Assembly (NCBI GenBank): GCA_045634485.1
Contig: JAZRAJ010000036.1
Span: 22,696 to 86,695 of the forward strand
Reading direction: 5' to 3'
DNA from: Eubacteriales bacterium
GTDB lineage: Bacteria; Bacillota; Clostridia; Oscillospirales; CAG-272
DNA: 64,000 bases
In this document: positions 57,439 through 64,000 of the stretch, piece after piece
Layout: each line of letters begins with the position of its first letter
Numbering within the stretch: the first letter of the stretch is position 1
The notes under the pieces: generated by a model
Databases searched by the model: none
Seen by the model: the letters and a program-made list of their open reading frames with translations, nothing else
What the model was told of the DNA's origin: nothing
Program-made: the position numbers and the translations under genes

Positions 57439-58026
57439 TCAGTTCTTCTCGGGGCTTCCCTCTATATAGTAGGACGCCTCCATATCCGCCATGCAAAGCG
57501 CAAAGGCAAGCGGGAACATCTCAAGCGCTCTGCCAACCTGGTTTGCATCCTCGGGACCCGAAAAGCCCATATGATAACGAATGGCACACGCCTCCTCACG
57601 AGAAAGCTTCATAAAGCCCGAGATACCGTAAACCGACTTTTCGCCGTGTCCGTAGGGGAGATTATCCTCGATGGTATAGTAAGGCACGGGAACCCAAACG
57701 CCGTCCTTTTTTACGTTACGCATTTCGGTTTTATAAAAATTAGTCTTGCAGATATCGTGCAAAAGCGCAACTATAGCAAGGCTCTCCTCGCTAAACTGAA
57801 AGCCGTACTTTTTGCAGAACTTAGAATGCTTTACGTAGTCGCAAAGGCACTCGTAAACGTTAAGGCTATGCTCAAGCAAGCCTCCCTCGTAGGAGCCGTG
57901 AAAGCGTGTGCTTGCGGGTGCGGTAAAGAAATCGGTTTTTTCGATAAGATATTCAAGAAACTTATCTCCGCCCTCACGAGTTATCGTTGATTTATATATC
58001 TCTATAAACTTTTCCCTGTTGTTCAT
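57439..58026 (-). CDS. HD domain phosphohydrolase
   Basis: Motifs are RFHGSYEGGLLEHSLNV and ALLHDICK (the HD motif). Confidence 0.75.
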   Translation of the reverse strand: MNNREKFIEIYKSTITREGGDKFLEYLIEKTDFFTAPASTRFHGSYEGGLLEHSLNVYECLCDYVKHSKFCKKYGFQFSEESLAIVALLHDICKTNFYKTEMRNVKKDGVWVPVPYYTIEDNLPYGHGEKSVYGISGFMKLSREEACAIRYHMGFSGPEDANQVGRALEMFPLAFALCMADMEASYYIEGSPEKN

Positions 58027-58056
58027 TTTAAATTACACTCCTAAAAAATATTATAT

Positions 58057-60228
58057 TTATTTTTCTTCCCTTGAGGCACGCTTACTGCGCATTCCTCTGG
58101 AAATGATATACGCCGATATTCCAAGCGCAAAAGCAAGCGTGAACACGGTAAATCCAACTACGATTTTGGTTATCTGCCCCTCGTCGGCGGTATATATCGA
58201 CTTTTGATAAGCCTTTGGCGCATTAGAGGGAGCATCCGGCTCAAACTCGTCAAACATCCAAAGCATTACTGCGCTTACGCAGGAGGATGCGTACTCAAGC
58301 TCATCCTCGCCTATTTCACCGTTAACCGAATTAAAGGTTGTAGCACCGGTAAAGAGGGTTATTTTCTTTTCACCGCCCTCGTTAACCGAAACGGCAACGG
58401 AGCACTCGGTATCCTCATTGTCATCGCCCTCCTCTGCTGCTTGCTTATACGAAAGCATTGGAGAATAGGTGTATTTAGTACCCTCTGCGCAATTTATTTG
58501 GTTAGCATCCTTAAGAATTACCTCGTTTACACTGACATCCTCAAACGCCTCGTGGCTACTGTTTAGAGAAGCGTTTATAATAGTTTTACCCTCGTTGCTT
58601 ACAGGCTCGCCCTCAACGCTAAGTCCGTAATAGGAAAGAAGGCTCATAAAATTAGGCATAGAGTAATTTTCAAGGTCGCTAAATATATAAAGCTTACCTC
58701 CGTTTTCAACGTAGTCGATAAGTACCTTTATCTCATCCTCGCTATAATCCTCGCTCGGAGAGTTTATAATTGCCATATCTGCGTTTTCGGGAAGTCTGCC
58801 GTTTGCCTTAAAATCATAGGGATTTGCACTCGTTCCCTCCTCGCCGTGTCCGCTAAGGAAGTAAACCGTTGGAATAATATCCGCCGTAACGTAGGAAATA
58901 GCGTCGGCAAATAAGCCCTCAAACTCCAAGCATTCAAGCGTTTCGTTTAAAATTGAATTTACCACCTGCACGGACTTTTGATAAAGCGCCTTCTGCTCGT
59001 CGGTGAGCATATCATAATAATTATAGGTCTGCTCAAGATAGCTTCGGCAGGTTTCGTATCTATAGGCAAGCTCGGTTGCGGTAAGATAACCCATAGAGCT
59101 GTTATAGTAGCAGATATAGTCCATAGCGCTTATAAGCTTCCAGCGCTTCTCGCCTTGAACTATAACGGCGTATTCAAGAGTTGATTGAGATTCGTTTTGA
59201 AGTCCGTATCTCTCTATAATTTCCTTATCCTCTGAGGAGTTAACGGTTTTAAGCGTTACATTGTCGCACGCCTCAATCGTTCTTATGATAGCGTTATAGT
59301 ATTCCTGCTTATTGCTATATGGGTCGATAAGATATACGGTTATCTCCTCGTCAACCTCCGAAAGATAATTGCTTATCGACGTGCTTGGAGTATAAAGGTT
59401 GCTTTGGTTAATATCTATCTGTCTTACGCTTAAGGGAAGGAGCATTGGCAAAACTCCAACGCAGGCAACGAGTACTGTGCTTATAAGAGCAGTCAAAGCC
59501 TTGCGTCTTATCTTAACGAGCGCTATAGCCATAAATACAACGGCGCCAAGGATAAAGAACAAAAACGCAGTCCAATCCAAAAGCTCATAAACCGCCGTAT
59601 CTACCTTTTTAAATATAGAAAGCTCAAAGAGTATTCCGCCAAGGACCTTGTCAAAGCCCGTTCCAAAGGGTAAAAATCTTACGAGAGCCGAGCAAAGTCC
59701 CAAAATAAAGCTTACAACAATTGCCGAATAGGTAATTATAAGCGACATTACTACCCTGCCCGACTTTTCAATTACCATTACCGAAAGCGAAATGATAAAT
59801 ATTTCAAAAACAAAAAGCAAGGCAAGAGCCGAATATGCGTGAAGGAAATTTACGATGCCAAGGCTCTTTAATATAATTGGGTAGATTGCCATTACCGCAG
59901 TAGGAAGCGCAAAAAACGCTATCTGCGAAAAAAGCTTGGAAAGCACGAATGCCCCCCTTGAAGCAGGCATACTGTAAACGAACTCGTCGCTTCCTATTTT
60001 TTTATCCCTATAAACCGATAATATCGCAACCGCAGGGATAACGAGCGCAAATACAAGCACCATAAGCGATATTACGTTTTCAAAGCCCGCATACGCCATT
60101 TGAGTGTTGCTTGCATTTAAAAGCACTGCAAGCGCAATAGCGGGTATTAAATTCAGTGCCGATACGATTGCAAGATACGCAGGGGTACAGAATAACGTTT
60201 TTAATTCTTTTCTTATTAAGGTAATCAT
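58057..60228 (-). CDS. ABC-2 type permease fused to a GldG-like extracytoplasmic domain
   Basis: The N-terminus has about 6 TM helices (ABC-2 pattern). A large soluble domain follows, and a final TM helix sits near the C-terminus. The ATG at 60226-60228 overlaps the ATPase stop (TGATG). The track ORF starts one codon earlier at a TTG. Confidence 0.65.
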   Translation of the reverse strand: MITLIRKELKTLFCTPAYLAIVSALNLIPAIALAVLLNASNTQMAYAGFENVISLMVLVFALVIPAVAILSVYRDKKIGSDEFVYSMPASRGAFVLSKLFSQIAFFALPTAVMAIYPIILKSLGIVNFLHAYSALALLFVFEIFIISLSVMVIEKSGRVVMSLIITYSAIVVSFILGLCSALVRFLPFGTGFDKVLGGILFELSIFKKVDTAVYELLDWTAFLFFILGAVVFMAIALVKIRRKALTALISTVLVACVGVLPMLLPLSVRQIDINQSNLYTPSTSISNYLSEVDEEITVYLIDPYSNKQEYYNAIIRTIEACDNVTLKTVNSSEDKEIIERYGLQNESQSTLEYAVIVQGEKRWKLISAMDYICYYNSSMGYLTATELAYRYETCRSYLEQTYNYYDMLTDEQKALYQKSVQVVNSILNETLECLEFEGLFADAISYVTADIIPTVYFLSGHGEEGTSANPYDFKANGRLPENADMAIINSPSEDYSEDEIKVLIDYVENGGKLYIFSDLENYSMPNFMSLLSYYGLSVEGEPVSNEGKTIINASLNSSHEAFEDVSVNEVILKDANQINCAEGTKYTYSPMLSYKQAAEEGDDNEDTECSVAVSVNEGGEKKITLFTGATTFNSVNGEIGEDELEYASSCVSAVMLWMFDEFEPDAPSNAPKAYQKSIYTADEGQITKIVVGFTVFTLAFALGISAYIISRGMRSKRASREEK

Positions 60229-60974
60229 CAAGCCTTACCTCCCTTGCCGTCATCGGTAAACGCCGCATATATCTTTAAAAGCGCATTAGAATCGCCCTCA
60301 AGCCTTTCTCTTACCGAGTCAAGACTTGACCAAAATGATATTTCGCCCTTAGAGATAATGCCCACGTAATCCGCAAGCTCGTTTGCAAGATTTAGCTTAT
60401 CGGTAAATATAAGCACCGTCTTTTTCTTGCCGAGCATCTCTATAGTTTCCTTAAAGAGCGCTACGTCGTCGGGCGGTAGATTTGCGGTCGGCTCGTCTAA
60501 AATAATAGTGCTTGGATTGCCTATCAGTGCGTTTGCAAGCAAAAGCCTTTTCTTTTCCGATACGCTAAGCGCCTTTACAAGCACCTCGCTTTTGCCCGAA
60601 AGATATACAAGCTCAAGCGCCTCCTTTATCTGCCTTATTCTTTTATCTGGCAAAACCTTGCGCATTCTGCCTGTAAAATCAAGCGTTTCATAAACCGTCA
60701 AATCGGGATAAAGAAAGCTTTGCTTTGGTAAATATCCTATCTTTGACTTTATAGACTTACCGCTCGTTTTATTAAACAATACGCCCCTATAAAATATAAG
60801 GCCCTCGTCGGCGTCTATAATACCCGCAAGCACTCTTGCAAGCGTTGTACGCTCAAGCTCGGATTTTCCAAGTATTGCGTAGACTCCCTTTTCCTCTATC
60901 TCAAAGGAAATATCGCAAAGAACGGCTTCGTTATCAACCGTTACTCTTAATTCCTCGGTTCTTAAAAGACTCAT
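60228..60974 (-). CDS. ABC transporter ATP-binding-like protein with degenerate catalytic motifs
   Basis: The fold and Walker B are retained (TIILDEPT). Walker A reads GKSELERTT, the signature reads LSVSE, and the H-loop position reads FTD. Confidence 0.7.
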   Translation of the reverse strand: MSLLRTEELRVTVDNEAVLCDISFEIEEKGVYAILGKSELERTTLARVLAGIIDADEGLIFYRGVLFNKTSGKSIKSKIGYLPKQSFLYPDLTVYETLDFTGRMRKVLPDKRIRQIKEALELVYLSGKSEVLVKALSVSEKKRLLLANALIGNPSTIILDEPTANLPPDDVALFKETIEMLGKKKTVLIFTDKLNLANELADYVGIISKGEISFWSSLDSVRERLEGDSNALLKIYAAFTDDGKGGKA

Positions 60975-61017
60975 TTTAATTTATATTTTTCCTTTCATAA
61001 ATCACTAAATCACTTTA

Positions 61018-62517
61018 TCACTCAACCAATAATCCCTCATCTTGGCTCTTAAGGAGCTTCCTTGCGGTGATTATTATAAATATCAAATGCACTATGCAGG
61101 AAAGCACCCAGCTTATGGGATAGGAAAGAAATAGGCTCTCCCCCGTTTCAAAATATGCAAACACCGTTTGTATCCAAACAATGCGAAGTCCGCAGGTTGA
61201 CGTCAAGGATATAACCATTGAGGTAACCGAGCGGTCAAGCGCACGGAGCGTTCCGCAAAGCGTATCCATAATTCCGCACATAAAATACGTGGGAATAATT
61301 ATTGAAAATCTCGTTACCGCCGCCGCAAGCGCTACGTCGTTGTTTGATATATAAAGACTCAAAAGAGGCTTTCTGAATATCATCATAAGCGTTCCCATTG
61401 TAAAGCCGAGAACAACCACTATAGCAACCGAATATGCGGTAAGCTTTTTTATGTTTTTATACTTTTTCGCTCCAACGTTTTGACCTATAAAGGTAAGCGC
61501 CACGGAGTATATTGCGTGCATAGCAATGTATATAAAGCCCTCAAGATTTGAGGAGGCGGAAAAGCCGTCTATCATTCGTCCGCCTGCACCCGCATTTATA
61601 TCTATCGAGTTCATAGCCGCCTGTATTAATGTGTTTGAAAGCGAGAAGAGCGAGCCCTGTATTCCCGAGGGGATACCTATGTAAAGAAGCTTTTTTAGTT
61701 TTTTTGCGTCTATCCTTAATCTTTTAAACGAGAAATGAAGCATTCCCTTTATTTTTATAAGATAAACGAGAGCCATTATAGCGGAAACGTATTGCGACGC
61801 TATCGTAGCAATTGCAACGCCCGCCACGTCAAGCTTAAACACCGTTACCAAAAAGATGTTAAGAGCAACGTTTACAAGTCCCGATATTGCAAGGAATAAA
61901 AGAGGACGCTTGGAGTCGCCCGCCGAGCGAAGCATTGAGGCTATGTAGTTATAAAGGAGTGACGCGGGCGTGCCTAAAAATATTATACGCAAATAAAGCG
62001 TTGCGTAAGGCAAAAGCTCGCTTGAGGTATTCATAGCAATTAGCATCTCGTCGGCAAATATATATCCGATAATAGCTATAATTATACCCGATATAACCGA
62101 GAGGATTATCGAGGTATGAAGCGTTAGGTTTACATCCCTTTCTCGCTTTGCGCCAACGTAATGTGCAACCAATACTCCCGCACCGACCGAAAGCCCCATA
62201 AACATTCCCAAAACGAGATTGGTAAGCGCAGAGGTGCATCCTATAGCGCCAACGAGCGGAGCATCCGACTCGGAAAAGAGATTTACAACGACTAAATCCG
62301 CCGCATTGTAAAAGCTTTGCAAAAAGCCCGTAAGAATAAGCGGAATAGCAAAAAGAATCATCTTTTTAAGAAAAGGGCCCTCCGTCATATCGGCACTGTT
62401 ATAATTTTTCTTACTCTTTTTACTTTTAATATTTTCAATATTTTCAACAGCCTCTGCGGACGTAGAAACGCTATCCACGCCCTCGGCTTCGTTAAAGCTA
62501 CTGTTTTCGGGTTTCAT
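61018..62517 (-). CDS. MATE family efflux transporter
   Basis: It has 12 TM helices with a duplicated MatE pattern (PLILTGFLQSFYNAADLVVV ... GIPSGIQGSLFSLSN). I chose the start MKPENSS behind GGAGG. Confidence 0.8.
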   Translation of the reverse strand: MKPENSSFNEAEGVDSVSTSAEAVENIENIKSKKSKKNYNSADMTEGPFLKKMILFAIPLILTGFLQSFYNAADLVVVNLFSESDAPLVGAIGCTSALTNLVLGMFMGLSVGAGVLVAHYVGAKRERDVNLTLHTSIILSVISGIIIAIIGYIFADEMLIAMNTSSELLPYATLYLRIIFLGTPASLLYNYIASMLRSAGDSKRPLLFLAISGLVNVALNIFLVTVFKLDVAGVAIATIASQYVSAIMALVYLIKIKGMLHFSFKRLRIDAKKLKKLLYIGIPSGIQGSLFSLSNTLIQAAMNSIDINAGAGGRMIDGFSASSNLEGFIYIAMHAIYSVALTFIGQNVGAKKYKNIKKLTAYSVAIVVVLGFTMGTLMMIFRKPLLSLYISNNDVALAAAVTRFSIIIPTYFMCGIMDTLCGTLRALDRSVTSMVISLTSTCGLRIVWIQTVFAYFETGESLFLSYPISWVLSCIVHLIFIIITARKLLKSQDEGLLVE

Positions 62518-62650
62518 AAAAAAATTGCCTCCAAAATGATAAGAGCGCACCTTTATAAACCCTTATCCACGTTAAATTATATCACAAAATTTATCAAAGT
62601 CAATACGTAAAGGGTTAATATTACTTAATAATATAATAATTATTTTGTAA

Positions 62651-62679
62651 TTGACAAAAGCGCTCCGTTGTGTTATAAT
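62651..62679 (+). promoter_or_regulatory. Sigma-A promoter of hisS
   Basis: TTGACA (62651-62656), a 17-nt spacer, then TATAAT (62674-62679). Confidence 0.7.
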
Positions 62680-62740
62680 ATAATGAAATATTAATTTTTA
62701 TTATAAATTACCGACTATTGTAAACGAAAGGAATTTTCCT

Positions 62741-64000
62741 ATGTGCGCACAGCTTTTATCAACACAGCCCTATAAGGGAACACGTGACTTCTACCCCGAA
62801 AATATGCAGCTTCGCAACTGGTTTTTCGGCAAAATAAGCGATGCATTACGCCTTGCATCCTTTGAGGAATATAATGCGCCTATGCTTGAATCTCTCGAGA
62901 TTTATATTGCCAAGAGCGGAGAGGAGATTGCAAAGGAGCAAACCTATAATTTTGTGGACAGAGGCGGAAGAATGCTTGCTATCCGTCCCGAGATGACCCC
63001 CTCGGTGGCACGTCTTGTTGCCGCTAAAATGGGCGAGCTTAACTTCCCTCTGAAATGGTTTTCTATACCCAATATGTACCGCTACGAGCGCCCTCAGCGA
63101 GGACGTCTTCGTGAGTTTTGGCAGCTTAACGTTGATATATTCGGATGCGATACCTACGAGGCAGATCTTGACGTAATCGAAAGCGCAATTTTGGTGCTTA
63201 AGGCGTTTAATGCCGACGAAACTATGTTTAAGGTACACATAAACAACCGTCGCTTCTTTAACGACGTTATTGCGGCTATCTGCCACACCGATGCGGACAA
63301 CTCCAAAAAGGTTTCCAAAATCGTGGACAAGCGCAACAAAATCAGCCGTGAGGCATACGAGAAGGAGCTTTTTGACCTTGGCATCAACGCAGAGCAGATT
63401 GCTAAAATCGATGCGCTCTATACTATGAGCGTAAAGGAGGCTTGCGCTCTTTGCCCCGACTCGGTTGGCGCAAACGAGCTTCTCTCGCTCTTTGATATGC
63501 TTGAAAAGACCGACCTCTTAAAATATTGCGTATTCGACTTCGGCATCATCCGCGGTCTTGACTACTACACGGGTACGGTGTTTGAGGTATTCGACGAATC
63601 TCCCGAAAATAACCGCGCTATGTTTGGCGGCGGTAGATACGATAACCTCGTTGGTATGTTTGCAAAGAATGCAAAAATTTCGGGCGTTGGATACGGTATG
63701 GGTGACGTTACCCTTGAAAACTTCCTTGTAACGCACAACCTCGTTCCCGACCTTTACGCCGAGGACACCCGTGTGCTTGTTGCAAGATTTGACGACGTTC
63801 CCTACGAAAAGTATATCTCCACCGTTGCATCACTTCGTGAGGCTGGAATTACCGCAACCCTTTATCTTGGCTCCAAGAAGTTTGGTAAGCAGATAGATTA
63901 CGCAGTAAAGGGACACTATAGCCACGTGCTTATTATGGGCGGCTCCGAGCTTGAAGCAGGAGTTGCAAAGATTAAAAACCTCAAAACCCGTGAGGAGATA
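62741..64000 (+). CDS. hisS: Histidine--tRNA ligase (5' partial, runs off the window end; absent from the supplied ORF track because it has no stop)
   Basis: I translated this by hand: MCAQLLSTQPYKGTRDFYPE..., RPEMTPSVAR, YRYERPQRGRLREFWQ, RGLDYYTG and GGGRYDNL. The frame is open for 420 codons to the window edge. Confidence 0.9.
   Translation, partial: MCAQLLSTQPYKGTRDFYPENMQLRNWFFGKISDALRLASFEEYNAPMLESLEIYIAKSGEEIAKEQTYNFVDRGGRMLAIRPEMTPSVARLVAAKMGELNFPLKWFSIPNMYRYERPQRGRLREFWQLNVDIFGCDTYEADLDVIESAILVLKAFNADETMFKVHINNRRFFNDVIAAICHTDADNSKKVSKIVDKRNKISREAYEKELFDLGINAEQIAKIDALYTMSVKEACALCPDSVGANELLSLFDMLEKTDLLKYCVFDFGIIRGLDYYTGTVFEVFDESPENNRAMFGGGRYDNLVGMFAKNAKISGVGYGMGDVTLENFLVTHNLVPDLYAEDTRVLVARFDDVPYEKYISTVASLREAGITATLYLGSKKFGKQIDYAVKGHYSHVLIMGGSELEAGVAKIKNLKTREEI

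Noticed and set aside
62846-63736. Minus-strand ORFs (146, 77 and 72 aa)
   Set aside because: They are antisense to the hand-translated hisS reading frame. That frame is open to the window end and carries HisRS class II motifs.

Overview
The window looks like a chromosomal segment from a low/medium-GC Firmicute, probably Clostridia. This is inferred from gene content: YaaT/RicT-like and RicA-like genes, miaB-ricA-mutS-mutL synteny, a YfmF/YfmH M16 pair, YhaO/YhaN, a valS T-box and near-consensus sigma-A promoters. Most of it is housekeeping: tRNA-Lys(CTT), lgt, folD, radA, glyQS, tldD/pmbA, tgt, mutL, mutS, miaB, valS, pcrA and a 5' partial hisS. Between these sit carbohydrate-active enzymes, namely a heparinase II/III-like secreted lyase, an alpha-galactosidase and a GH5-like hydrolase. 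There are also two ABC systems, a MATE exporter and one apparently intact IS3-family element next to radA. The least ordinary region is about 8.2-17.1 kb. Its core is a compact five-gene minus-strand operon (9.5-15.06 kb) with its own promoter and terminator. The operon encodes a ribbon-helix-helix protein, then an 899-aa protein with an N-terminal zinc ribbon, cytoplasmic TIR domain, TPR-like helices, one TM helix and extracellular InlB-B/Listeria-Bacteroides repeats. It continues with an SPFH (YdjI-like) protein carrying a Gly-zipper and twin zinc ribbons, and two small polytopic membrane proteins of unknown function. No known TIR-system partner (ThsA, CD-NTase, Argonaute, STING, NLR NTPase) is present, so I flag it as the best candidate for an undescribed TIR-based, membrane-associated system. 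Other points worth a second look:
- a 22-bp-periodic GTGATAT repeat array beside tRNA-Lys
- a terminator/antiterminator-like leader upstream of yhaO/yhaN
- an ABC ATPase with degenerate Walker A, signature and H-loop motifs, coupled to an ABC-2/GldG-like fusion
- a zinc-ribbon membrane protein with long (PA)n and (EEAPVV)n tails encoded by tandem DNA repeats
- palindromic REP-like intergenic elements
No CRISPR array, rRNA or prophage was seen. All calls come from reading motifs by eye, and no database search was possible.
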